From Eledone cirrhosa (Eukaryota): DNA of 64,000 nt. Both the position numbers and the translations under genes were made by a program. Below are positions 24,273 through 39,344 of this stretch, one piece after another. The stretch's first letter is position 1. The number at the start of each line of letters is the position of its first letter. The stretch covers positions 75,020,001-75,084,000 of the forward strand of contig OZ024742.1 of assembly GCA_964016885.1 (NCBI GenBank). Direction: 5' to 3'. A model generated the notes under the pieces. It searched no databases. It saw only the letters and a program-made list of their open reading frames with translations, and was not told where the DNA came from.

Positions 24273-24329
24273 TCCTGAACATAACCACAAGGATATGGTC
24301 CGAACGTGGAAGAGCCGAACCCCCACTGT

Positions 24330-24670
24330 CATCGCCTCCATCTCTCTCGCCCTCCCAATCTCTCTCTGTGCTGAACAAATGGGGTCCCACGTGCTGGCTT
24401 CCCCACAGCCCCGGCGGACAGAATGGAGAAGAAAATTATAATCCGCTGCTCTGATGTGGAGTGTTCGGAAGAGCAAAAATGTCGGGCGTCCAGAGACAGG
24501 TTGCCGAATCGGATGTTTCTGAAAAGTTCGACGACCGGTTCGTCCAATGCTGACGTGCCCGTATAAGGCTGGAGGATGTGCTGCAGAAGGAGTCCCTGGT
24601 TCGGATAGATTGCCCGTTGGACCACGGTGTGTGGTAGTGTTGGTGATGAAGCTGCATTTGTCGCCGGGAA
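24330..24670 (-). mobile_element. Penelope-like GIY-YIG endonuclease relic
   Basis: Across frames: CSFITNTTT.RGP..IGRTGRR..FQKH / IRFGNLSLDARHFCSSEHS, matching the PLE IGxTGRxLxxRFxEH..HF..HS pattern. Confidence 0.6.
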
Positions 24671-24710
24671 CATACACACACACACCCATATATATATATA
24701 TATATATATA

Positions 24711-24846
24711 AAGGAACGAGTAGAACCCCGACGGCTGAGCTCAAGCCGTCGGGGTCCTACTCGTTCCTATTACCCACTCTACTACCCTAAGTATTGAGTA
24801 CTTTGGTGCGTTATGGTCCACCCGGTTCCTTACCACATTTCCTTCG

Positions 24847-24849
<3 letters not shown>
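24711..24849. repeat. Short element in (TA)n with a ~57-bp terminal palindrome (24712-24768)
   Basis: AGGAACGAGTAG(A)ACCCCGACGGCT..AGCCGTCGGGGT(C)CTACTCGTTCCT. Confidence 0.8.
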
Positions 24850-27350
<2,501 letters not shown>

Positions 27351-27779
27351 AGAATAGATTTAAATATTTGCAATTTGAATGGCTTTAAAAAATTCGAGGA
27401 TTGTTCTTGATTATACGGAAAGTTTTCACCAAGTAAATTCGGTATTAAGGCGATTAATGTTGTTTTCTGTTGTACATTACCATTCCTATAAAGAAAACAT
27501 TAGTAGATAGACATAACAAACAAGTAAGAAAGAAGGAAAAGAAACAAAAAATAGATATTAAATAAATATACTAGCGATCAGTAGCATGAAGTAGACTTGG
27601 TAATCTCTAATATATATAACTCTACTACGAAATAAAATTTTTGATGTATATTACTCAGTGTGTTGGTTTGTCCGGTTTCAGATGTTATGATTGAAATCGT
27701 ATAGTGAAGCGGGAAGGATATATAGATACGGAAAGAAACATGTGTTGAAGAAGGAGTATACGTACTGGTCTGAAGTGGT

Positions 27780-27913
27780 AGGGATAGAGAGAGAGAGAGA
27801 GAGAGAGAAAGAGGGAGGATAGAGATAGAGAGAGGGGGGCTAGAGAGACATAGAGAGAGAGGGATGGAGAGATAGAGAAATATATAGATAGATAGAGAGA
27901 TAGAGATAGAGAG

Positions 27914-28008
<95 letters not shown>

Positions 28009-28040
28009 GAGAGATATGAGAGAGAGGGAGAGAGATAGAA
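27780..28040. repeat. (GA)n/(TA)n compound microsatellite
   Basis: Direct reading. Confidence 0.9.
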
Positions 28041-28120
28041 AGAGTCAATTTAACGCTGGACTCATGTGCACACAACACATAAACACACAAACGCATATAT
28101 ATATATACATATATATATAT

Positions 28121-29191
28121 AACTGAACAAAAAAAGAAAAGCGAACACAGACATATACATATATGTGTTCAAATCGTAAGCGACCAGATTGGCTAAGGTT
28201 TGTATTTATTTTCTTGATTTATTCTTAAATTGAGTCTGGCAAACCCTATTATCTATAGTTAGTATTCTCTTCACCTTAGTGAATCTGGTCCCTTACGATT
28301 TGAACACATATATGTATATGTCTGTGTTCGCTTTTCTTTTTTATTCAGTTATATTATACGGCTCGGAAAAATCTCTTTCCTAGAGCTAATTTATTGTAAG
28401 AAACTATTTTGAGTTTCTAACTCAAAATATGCCTTTTAACTCTGGGGTATTATTCTCCATCGAGTGCTAAAGCTACATTCCGAATCTGCATTCGTTAGCT
28501 TAGACGCAGCCTAAAGCTTCGTTAATGCTGTACTAAAATTTGTATTTTAACTCCTAGAATTAACGATTAACTGATTAATTTAATTAGACAATTCTATTGA
28601 TTGATTAATTGTTTATGTTTGTTTGATAACTTCTGGTTGAGTGATTAATTCGGTTTGTCTAAGGGAATTTCATTCATTTGTCTCAAATTTCGAATTCACC
28701 GCCAAAACGGGGATTACCTCCCTTTGAGAAAACCACGTGTCTATAGCGAAATTTACTGCTAGAACACACCCGCTGAGGCTATAGAACGCAAGACTTGTTG
28801 ACGAAGTAAATCCTTTGTTCTGTTGTCAAAGGCCATTAACTTGTAGACCCCTGCAAGCGGAATTAGTCGAACTCGGATTTACAGAAACCTTGCGTGGATG
28901 TTCTATGTTATATGTGATGTATATCGTATGCTATACGATATGCATTATGTGTTGCATTCGGTCTCCGCGCGATGGTCCAGGTCAGTCAAAAACTTTTCCT
29001 GAGTCCAGTATTTTTCGTTGCTATGGCAATGTGGCTGGAGTGCCGATCGCTATATTTGATTTGCAAAGCTGTCTAAACGTATTGTTATAACTCTGGGGTA
29101 TTATTCTCCATCGAGTGCTAAAGCTACATTCCGTATCTGCATTCGTTAGCTTAGCCGCAGCCTAAAGCTTCATTGATGCTGTACTAAAATT

Positions 29192-29196
<5 letters not shown>
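28121..29196. mobile_element. Non-coding element in (TA)n with a 70-bp inverted repeat and 109-bp direct repeats (PLE-like pseudo-LTR layout)
   Basis: IR 28121-28190 / 28282-28350; DR 28437-28545 / 29088-29196. Confidence 0.6.
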
Positions 29197-29265
<69 letters not shown>

Positions 29266-29580
29266 CACACACATAAACATGCGTACACGTGCATACACAT
29301 AAACCAATACATACACAAGAATAAATGTCGTTTGTTTACAGGGTTTGCACACATTTGTTTTATTTCCACACCCTTCCCGTTCCTTTCTTTATGAATGAAA
29401 TAAACATAAATGAAAATATATCTCTTTTTTTTCAATTTCGCATTTGTTTCCTTTTCTTCAAATTGCTATCTTCTCTTATTTGTTGTCTATATTAAATTCA
29501 TCATTTATTTCAATCTACGAGGTAATACGTAAATTTGATATGTTTACATACTCACTCAGTCACTCCTCCTTCCCACGTTG

Positions 29581-29583
<3 letters not shown>

Positions 29584-29662
<79 letters not shown>
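29584..29662. repeat. (CA)n microsatellite
   Basis: Direct reading. Confidence 0.97.
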
Positions 29663-29672
<10 letters not shown>

Positions 29673-30211
29673 ATCATGTTATTTCTGTTTACCTTTTACA
29701 TACATACATAATATATATATATATATATTCACAGTATATTTATAATATTATAGGCGTAGTAGATTCATTTATTTATTTTCATGTATTTGCCTAATGTCTT
29801 CCACAGTAATGTGTGCACATACACTTGCACTTATGTGTGCGTATGATTACTCTTTATGTTTGTATGTATGTATAGGTGCACACGGTATATACACACATGG
29901 GGTTGTATGTACAGGCTAATTACCATTGTAAAATTTTTGGAAGGTTTTACAAATGTTTACTGTACCACTAATCGAGGATGCTAATCATTTTGGTTTGTTA
30001 TTTCTTCGTTCTTTCAGACTTTTATGGTACCATGTTTCTACATAGTCCAGAGCACCACTAATAACGTGATACGAAAGAAAATAACAGATTTTGTAGTATA
30101 TTTTGGGCTAAATCCAAATATATTCTCAGTTGGAACGCATTTAATCGTAGATCTTCTGGATTATAATCAAGCGAAGGCTAAATAACTGCAATAACAATAT
30201 AGTCGGATCAG

Positions 30212-30430
30212 CAGACACTGTAACCACAGCAGATACTGCAACCACAGAAGACACTTCAACTGTAGAAAACACTAGAACCATAGTAGACACTGTAACCACA
30301 GCAGATACTGCAACCACAGCTGATACTGCAACTATAGAAGACACTATAACCATAGAAGACACTGCAACCACAGCAGATACTGTAACCACAGCAGATACTG
30401 CAACTATAGAAGACATTGTGGCCACAGCAG
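30212..30430. repeat. 18-bp-period minisatellite (GATACTGCAACCACAGCA-like)
   Basis: About 12 degenerate 18-bp units. Confidence 0.85.
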
Positions 30431-30507
30431 TATTGAGGTTAGATCAGACCTGTGTAATATTAGTAGTTTTGACAACTATGATAACCGTTACCAGTGTTAA
30501 ACATTTC

Positions 30508-30630
30508 CACCACTACCACCACCACCACCACAACCACCACCACAACTACCACCACCACCACAACCACCACAGCCAACACAACCACCACCACCACCTCAAC
30601 CACCACCACCACCAACAGCCCCACGACCAA
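30508..30630. repeat. (CAC/AAC)n microsatellite
   Basis: Direct reading. Confidence 0.9.
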
Positions 30631-31118
30631 TACTAATAATAATAGTAACAGAGTAAATAACAATAAAATGCAAATGACAAGAACAAAACGAAAAAAACTA
30701 AAACAAACACTAATGTAAAAAACCCACATAAACAACAAACAAACGAAACATAGAAAACGACAGCCATGTTTTTCTAGCAAAACATTGTTTACTGTTTCCC
30801 ATTTAATATTGAACTTAAGGCAAGTTTTCATATTTTATATTAGGTGAGTGACTAATTATATTTCAATTGTGGTGGGATGTGTGTTGGCGGTTTAGTCTTC
30901 TAATTCTGTTGAGGAATGGCTTATTTGGGGAGAGTAAACAGCAACAGTTTGCTGAAATCATTTAATTCGGGATTTGATGACGTTTTAACTCATGGTTTGT
31001 GGGTATTTATTTATTTATTTATTTATTCCTTTATTTATTTATGGTTTGTTTTTCGTGACATCAAAACCAAACCAGGAGAAAGGAATAATATTTAGATGGA
31101 GAATTTCAAAATGTTGTC

Positions 31119-33135
31119 ATAATAATTATTTCTTTATTAACCACAAGGGTTTACATAAAGTAGACATTAAGGACAGTGCAGGACAATACAGGACGGTACA
31201 AATGGGCATTTCTGCGTGTAAAAAACAAAAACAGAGGATGTAACAAAAAAATAACAATGAAAAATTCCCCAATTCAGCCCTTTCAAACGTGTCCACCATA
31301 CTATCTCTTTCGCCATGGCCACCAGACAGATAAAAACTGCCTGCCCTTCCCGGCTAAAGGAAGAGTGCGGGGCAATCCTCACGATGGACCCAGATGATAG
31401 CCGGATCCGTTCTACACGCGACAGCAGGTGTTCGACATAAACCCACAAGTCAGCAATTTTCGGACACTGGACGAGTGCGTGCAGGATGGTTTCGTCGCCC
31501 TGCGCGCATCTCGGACATGCCCGGCTGCCCGCACTTCCATGCCTGTAGAGTTTATCCCGAACTGGCAAGGGTCCTCGGTAGCACTGCCAGGCCAGAGATT
31601 TCTGGAAATTATCCATAGGTCCCGGCCCGAAAGTTCTCCCGAAGAGATTGGCTAGTTGATTTTCGTCGACGCCTAGAGTTTCCCCAAGTACGTCGTCGCT
31701 CTTCCCCTCCACTAATCCTTTATAGAACGCCGAGGTGGAGTTTCCACCGATAAAATTGCCCGATTGGTCGAGGGCTGTGAGCGCCTGAAGACATTCCAGT
31801 CTCCAAACGCTCCCTCTCGGTCTTCGCTTGACCCAGGACTGCAGCACTGTCAAGGAAATGAGCTGGGGAAATACGTGTCTAGCAAACGGTGACCACAACT
31901 GATCACCGTCGAGGAAGAGGTGGAGATGTCGTAGCCTGAGCGGGTGTCTGCGCATCATCAGCCACGGCATACCCAGCCCTCCACGTAGCGGGTGTTGACA
32001 GCAGATGGACCGCCTGACCATCGGAGCGCGTCCCTTCCACAAAAAGCGAAAGAGCAAACGCTCCAGCGCAGTCAGGCGGGGATTAGGACAAGGTACGACG
32101 GTCAGGCGGTAGCAGATGACAGACGCGATGTACGCCTTAACCACCTCCGCTCGACCTTTCAGGGATAGCTTCCTCTCCGCCCATTTCTGGGTGAGAGAAG
32201 ACACCCTGCTCGTCACCTCGTCCTAGTTTTTGTCCGTCTGGAGGTCCGGACCGAACCAGACCCCTAGCAATTTAACCGGTCCGTCCGTCCAGCACCCGAC
32301 GACGCTGTTGGATAGCATGGACATGCCTCTCCAGGTGCTGAGCTGCAGGCCCACTGAATTTTCCTGGTTGATCATTGCTCCTGTCACCGCTTCGTATTCT
32401 CTTAGTGTAGTGCCGATCGCCTCGATGTGTTTGGCGTTCGACACCACTACGGTAGCATCGTCCACATATGCTGACACGGATCTTCCGCATCCTAGTTCGC
32501 GTAGGACCCTCCTCAACGTCTCCAGTTTGTGCAGTAATGGCTCGAGAGTCAATACGTACAAGAGGGACGAGAGGGGACATCCTTGGCGGACCTAGCGCAT
32601 GATGTTGAACGGTTCCGAAAGGTGACCGTTCACTCTCACCACAGACCAGATGTCGCTGTGCATGGCAGCGATCCAGCCTCTGAAGACGGGCCCAAAGCCA
32701 GCCGCCCTGAGGACTACCGCTAGGTAACGATGGTCGACCCTATCGAAAGCTTTCGACTGATCTAAATTGATCAATGACCCACCCGTGCCAAGTTCTCGAG
32801 CTACCCTCTCTACGATGTATCGCATGAGGTGGAGGTTGTCATTGATGGATCTGTCGGGAATGCCGCACGTCTGCGCCTCTCCCACCAGACCACCAACGAC
32901 AAGCGCCAACCTCTTTGCTAGCACCTTGGCCAAAATCTTGAACTCTGTGTTTAGCAGAGTTATGGGCCGGAAATTATCTATGTTATCCCCCTTGTTCGGA
33001 TCCTTTCTCAGCAGCGCCACAGCTCCTCGGCTCACAGAGCTGGGAATTCTCCCGTTCTGTTGCCAGTTGCAGTAGACGTCCAGCAAGAGGCCTCCGAACA
33101 AGTCAGGCATCTGTACGTAAAGTTCATAGGGCAGC
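31119..33135 (-). mobile_element. 5'-truncated Tx1-clade copy F (A/B subfamily) with a deletion spanning the ORF2 end and part of the 3'UTR
   Basis: ORFs 32592..33143, 32223..32561, 31167..32216 near-identical to copy B ORF2; junction near 31273 joins ..AAAGGGCTGAA to TTGGGGAATTTTT. Confidence 0.92.
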
Positions 33136-36100
33136 CTTTCCACGTCCCGGTTCGAGCGAAATGCCCTGCAACAGCTCCATCTTCCGCAGTAAAGGCTCGA
33201 GAGTCAATACGTACAGAAGGGAAGAGAGAGAGCCCCCTTGAGGGACCTATCGGGAGAGCCGAAATGGTTCCGAGAAGTGACCATTAACCTTGACCACCGA
33301 GCGTGTGCCGCTGTGCATTGCAGCGATCCAGCTTCTGCAGACAGGGTCGAAGCCAGCTGCTTTGAGGACAAACTCCAGATACCGATGGTCGACCCTATCG
33401 AATGCTTTCGATTGATCTAAATTGATCAGTGCTGACCCGAAGCCAGGTTTACAACCTACCCTCTCTATGATGTATCGCATGAGGTTGAGATTGTCGTGTA
33501 TGGACCTGGCAGGGATTGCACAAGTTTGCGCCTCCCCAACCAAGTCCTCGTCGACAAGCGCCAATCTCTTTGCTAACACCTTGGCCAAAATCTTAAAATC
33601 TGTGTGAGCAGAGTTATAGGCCTGAAGTTGTCTAATGTATCCCTCTTGTTCTCGTCTTTCCTTATCAGAGTCACCACTCCCCGGCTCACAGAACTGGGAA
33701 TACTACCATTCTGATGCCAGTTGCAGTAGAGTGCTTCGAGGAGTTCGGAGAACAAGTCTGGCATATTTACGTAAAACTCGTAGGGCAGGCTATCTAAACC
33801 GGGTGACTTGCGCCTCATGCAGCCGACAAGGGCGTCCTGAATTTCAGCTGAAGTAATCGGCCTTTCGCAGCGCTCAGCGTCGACCGTCGAGATGCGCGGC
33901 AAGCCGTCAAGGTAGGGACTGAAATTCGCTACTCTCTCTGACTCGCCACCCTCCCCGAACAACAGAGCAAAGTGCTGGTGAAAGGCCTCACACATCCGCT
34001 TGGAATCGCTTATCTCGTGTCCGTCTCGGTCCGCCAAAGACCGAATTGTGGTTTTATTACCACGCTCCGCCTCCGCCACGCGGGGCCATGGAACAGCTTT
34101 AGTTCCCTCGTTTCTCAGCACACGCGCCTTAGCTCTGACAATGCAACCTTCTTGTTTCGCATTGAAGAAATGGTCTAATGCCATTCTCACCGCTAGCACG
34201 TCAGTTGCAATGCCACTACAAATAGCCTCGTCTAACCTATCTACCACCTCCTCCTCCTTTCTATTTTTCTCTAACGCTAGTTCTTTGCTGAACTCTATCG
34301 AAGTTACTCTAATCTCTCTTTTGAGAGCCCCCCTACCATCTGTTGTTGATGATCCCCCCTGTCAACGTTTGCTTAACTAAATTGTTGACTCGGTCCCTGT
34401 AAGCCTTACATACCGGAAATGGCATGTTCAGCTTCCAGTAACCCGGTCCCAACCTACGCGTTTTATCTAGGTCGACTATACAGATCACACATTTGTGATC
34501 TGAATAGGCGACCGTTTTAAAAATTGGGCAGCCTACACTATTTCTATCTATTTTCCTAATGAAATCCTGTCTATATACGATCTAAATGACCCTATGCGGT
34601 TGGTCCACGCCCACACTGGCGCATTGGGGAAATCTAGTCGATACCTGTCAGACAGTTGGAACTGGCTGATTAGGTGCTTGAGGCTTTTGAACCCCCCGCA
34701 CCTATCAGCTACTCCCACACAATCCGAGCGTACGTCTAAGATGCGGTTCCAGTCCCCCGTTAACAGTAGAGGGCGAGACGTACCCAGAAAGGTTTCCAGG
34801 CGCCTAAAGAAGTCCGGTCGTCCGGCCCCAGTAGGGGTGTAGACGGCCAGCAGTCTAAAGGCACCATATTCGCTACTGTTCACATCCAGGACCACCAACT
34901 TACCGTCCGGGTTCCGGAAGATCGACCTTACCTCGAGACCCAGACCTTTCCTAAACAGCACTGCAACGCCAGCTCCCATTCCCGGCCTGTTAACAGATGC
35001 GAAGATCTGATAGTCGTCGAAAATGGGGGTTAGTGCGCGCGTGTCGGAAATCCTGGTCTCACTGACGGCAATCACATCCATTTCCAGAGAGCTCAGTTCG
35101 TTGGCAGGTGACACTGCTTCTAGGGTGACCCCAGGCCGCGAACATTTAAACTTCCTACTCTTAATATGGTAATGTTGGCAAGCTAAAAGAGAGAGGGTAG
35201 GTTTACTTATCTCCCGGGGTTTTGTGAAGGTCGGGTGGTTCGACCTCCATAGTTGGTGGGGTTTCTTTTGGGAACCCCTTTAAAAGTCTCCATGTGGATT
35301 TCACATTCGGGGTTCCTACGTCTTGAGGAAAGCTCTCTCGAATTTCTTTGTAGGAATCGAGCGACATTCGCACCAGAAGCAAATCTTCTGGCACGCAAAA
35401 TGTGTTCAATTCAAAGATCTCCCCCTCTGTTTGGATGTCCTCGCTTCGTGCTAAGAGGGCCATCAATTTATCGTTGGCCCTTCTCACAAGTTTTTAATGT
35501 TTTGTTGGTGTGGTTTTATTTGTTTTCGTTTTGGTAACTGTGGTGGTGATGGTTTTGGTGGTGTTTTTTCGGGTATGTCTGTGTTTGTTGTAGGTTTTGT
35601 GTCTGCAATTTCAGGTGTCAGTGTGTTTATTTGTTCTTGTGTTTGTTTAGGTTGTTTGCTTTTCGGGGATTGTGGGGGTGGTGTTGATGTTGACGTTGGT
35701 GTTGATGTTATTGGGGAAGTGTTTGTGTTAGTGGTGTCTGTATTTTTTGTTGTGTATGATTTTGTGTTTTGTTGGGGCTTTATTTTGGCGAGTTTTCTCT
35801 TTTGTTTTTTGGTACTTTTGGGTTTTCTTTCATCTTCACGGCTGGTAGACAAAGGGTCTGTGGCTGTGAGTGTATCTGTGTCTGTGTGTGCATTTATTGT
35901 TTTGTCTATGTGTAAAATTTGAGGGGTAGGGGGAGTGGGAGAGCTTTCCTCGTTTTCCCCTTGTATTGGTTTCGGTACTGGTGGTGGTCCGACTGTTTTT
36001 GATGTTGGTGGGGTTACCCGTGTCATTGTTGGTGTTGCTTTTGGTGGTGGTGGTGCAGCTTTCCCTGCTGACACTGGCGTTGGCAACAAAGGAGGTTTGC

Positions 36101-36960
36101 GACCCCCTGCATTTTTGAGCTGAGGGCAGAAGGCTTGCAGAATCGTTGCTTCCCCGCAGACGAAGCAGTGCGGTCTTCTTCCCTCAGTGATTAATAGGAT
36201 TGTTGTCCCGTCCTGCAGGCGGGCTAAATCCGGTATGTTGTTGATTTGGAGAAGAATCTCCAAATCCATTCCGGACCAGTCTTCTCTCTCTGTCCTTTTG
36301 ATATCCAGGAGGGTAGTGTCTGTCCCTTCCTCGATTACGCATCCCAGGAGCCATATGTTCATTCTTGGTGGGATCCTGGGAATGCGGAACTTTACTGTCC
36401 TTTTGCCCATGTAGGACGGGTGCATGATAATGCGTTCCGTTCTGCAGGGGGTCACCGAGTGCTTAATAGCAAGGGCCTCGGTTTTGAACAGTACCGAGAT
36501 AGTACCGAACTGCTTGACCCTTGCTTTGTACTCGATGTCACTTCCGATGCACTTTAAAGCAGCCTCAATCTCTGCTTGGCTGGTGATTTCCACTTTGCCT
36601 GTCTGCACTGAAATGCATCGAATGTACACCGTCCTCCTTTGCGTGGCCTCTATTGCCCCGTCCAGGATGGTTAGGTTAGCCCAGGACTTCTCCCGTTTAA
36701 TTAACCTCCACGGCTGGAACAACTGTTGTTCCTTATCGCTAATATCTACATTGAAGAAGCGCTTTGTGCTCGCTGTTGCCGCTGCAAAGGTGGCGCCTCC
36801 GTTGCTCTTCTTGTTGGTGTTGTCGTTCTTGCTGTTGTTGTTGTTGTTTTGTTTGTTGTTGCTGTTGCCACCGCCATCAGTGTTTACAGTGAGGCTGTCG
36901 GTGTTATTGTCGTTGTTCTGAGTTGTTGTTGTGGTGATGGTGATGATAATAGTAATAATA
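33136..36960 (-). mobile_element. Tx1-clade copy D (distinct subfamily): ORF1 + APE + N-terminal half of RT, truncated at both ends
   Basis: ORF1 35484..36986 and 35203..35487; APE 34548..35114; RT 33573..34247 and 33247..33588; ends just before YADD. Confidence 0.88.
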
Positions 36961-36968
36961 ATAATAAT

Positions 36969-39273
36969 GCTTTCGTTATTAACCACAAGGTTTTACACAA
37001 AGTGAGACATTAAGGACAGGAGAGGACAATACAGGACAATACAGGACGGTACAAATGGGCATTTCTGCGTGTAAAAAACAAAAACAGAGGATGTAATAAA
37101 AAAGGGACAATGAAAAATTCTCCAATAGGGGGCCACCGTGGAGAAAGCCCATTAAAAAAAGACACGGTGACCCTGACCACCAGGGCAAGTGCCCGCTCCC
37201 AGTTTTCCACCTTCAATTTACAGGCACATACTCATAGTAGGCCCATTTACTCGGGCTATTCTTGCCTCTCTCACCCATCTCTTAACAAAATGCTGGGAAG
37301 AGAGCACTTCCTTCTCTACGCTGATTTTCCTTTTCAAATGAAATTTGAAAAAGTTAATCAGGGCATCACGGAAGAGGTACGTGCTCGTCTTCAGCCCTTT
37401 GGGACGCGTCCACCATACTATCTCTTTCGCCATGGCCACAAGACTGATAAAAACTACCTGCCCTTCCTGGCTAAAGGAAGAGGGCCGGGCAATCCTCGCG
37501 ATGGACTCAGCTGATATCCGGATCCGTTCTACACGCGACAGCAGTTGTTCGACATAAACCCACAAGTCAGCAATGCTCGGTCACTGGACGATTGTGTGCA
37601 GGATGGTTTCGTCGCCCTGCCCGCATCTTGGACATGCCCGGCTGAAGGCACTTCCATGCCTATAGAGTTTAACCCGAACTGGCAAAGCTCCTCGGTAGCA
37701 CTGCCAGGCCAGGGATTTCTGGAAATTGTCCATAGGCCACCGCCCGAAAGTTCTTCCGAAGAGATTGGCTAGTAGATTTTCGTCGACGCCTAGAGTTTCC
37801 ACAAGTACGTCGTCGCTCTACCCCTCCACTAATCCTCTATAGAACGCCGAGGTGGAGTTTCCACCGATCACATTGTCCGATTGGTAGAGGGCTGTGAGCG
37901 CCTGAAGACATTCCAGTCTCCAAGCGCTCCCTCTCGATCCTCGCTTGACCCAGGACTGCAGCTCCGTCAAGGAAACGCGCTGGGGAAAGACGCGTCTAGC
38001 AAACGGCGACCACACTTGATCACCGTCGAGGAAGAGGTGGAGATATCGTAGCCTGAGCGCGTGTCTGTGCATCATCAGCCACGGCATACCCAGCACTGCA
38101 CGTAGCGGGTGTTGACAGCAGATGGACCGCCTGACCATCGGAGCACGTCCCTTCCACAAAAAGCAGTCTGGCGAGGCTTAGGACAAGGCACGACGGTCAG
38201 GCGGTAGTAGATGACGGACGCGATGTACGCATTCGCCACCTCCGCTCGACCTTTCAGGGATAGCTTCCTCTCTGCCCATTTCTGGGTGAGAGAAGCCACC
38301 CTGCTCGTCACCTCGTCCCAGGTTTTGTCCGTCTGGAGGTCTGGACCGAGCCAGACCCCTAGCAATTTAACCGACGCTGTTGGATGGCATGGACCTGCCT
38401 CTCCAGGTGCCGAGCTGCAGGCCCACCGACTTTTCCCGGTTGATCATTGCTCCTGTCACGGCTTCGTATTCTCTTGGTGTAGTGCCGATCGCCTCGATGT
38501 GTTTGGCGTTCGACACCACTACGGTGACATCGTCCGCATATGCTGACACGGATCTTCCGCATCCTAGTTCGTGCAGGAACCCCCGCAACGTCTCCAGTTT
38601 GTGCAGTAATGGCTCGAGAGTCAATACGTACAAGAGGGACGAGAGGGGACATCCTTGGCGGACCGAGCGCATGATGTTGAACGGTTCCGAAAGGTGACCG
38701 TTCACTCTCACCACAGAGCAGATGTCGCTGTGCATGGCAGTGATCCAGCTTCTGAAACGGGCCCAAACCCAGCCGCCCTCAGGACTGTCGCCAGATAACG
38801 ATGGTCGACCCTATCGAAAGCTTTCAACTGATCTAAATTGATCAAGGACCCACCCGTGCCAGGTTCCCTAGCTACCCTCTCCACGATGTATCGCATGAGG
38901 TGGAGGTTGCCCTAGATGGACTGTCTGGATTGGCGCATGTCTGCGCCTCTCTTACCAGACCACAAACGACAACCGTCAACCTCTTTGCTAGCACCTTGGC
39001 CAAAATCTTGAACTCTGTGTTTAGCAGAGTTATGGACCTAAAATTATCTATGTTATCCCCCTTCTTCGGATCCTTTCTCAGCAACGCCACCGCTCCTCTG
39101 CTCACGGAGCTGGGGATTCTTCCGTTCTGTTGCCAGTTGCAGTAGACATCTGCCAAGAGGCCTCCGAACAAGTCTGGCATCTGTACGTAAAGTTCATAGG
39201 GCAGACCATCCAAACCAAGCGATTTACCCCTTTGCAGCCAGTCATTGCGAACTAGTTAAGCGTGCCATCGTCA
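36969..39273 (-). mobile_element. 5'-truncated Tx1-clade copy G with a short 5' inversion
   Basis: RT/CCHC homologous to copy B; ATT tail at about 36947-36968; 39247-39273 is ORF2 sequence in the opposite orientation. Confidence 0.92.
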
Positions 39274-39274
<1 letters not shown>

Positions 39275-39343
<69 letters not shown>

Positions 39344-39344
39344 T
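39275..39344. repeat. (AAT)n microsatellite between copies G and H
   Basis: Direct reading. Confidence 0.98.

Noticed and set aside
30141-30718. Mucin-like or His-rich host exon
   Set aside because: Only minisatellite and (CAC)n translations; no splice or homology support
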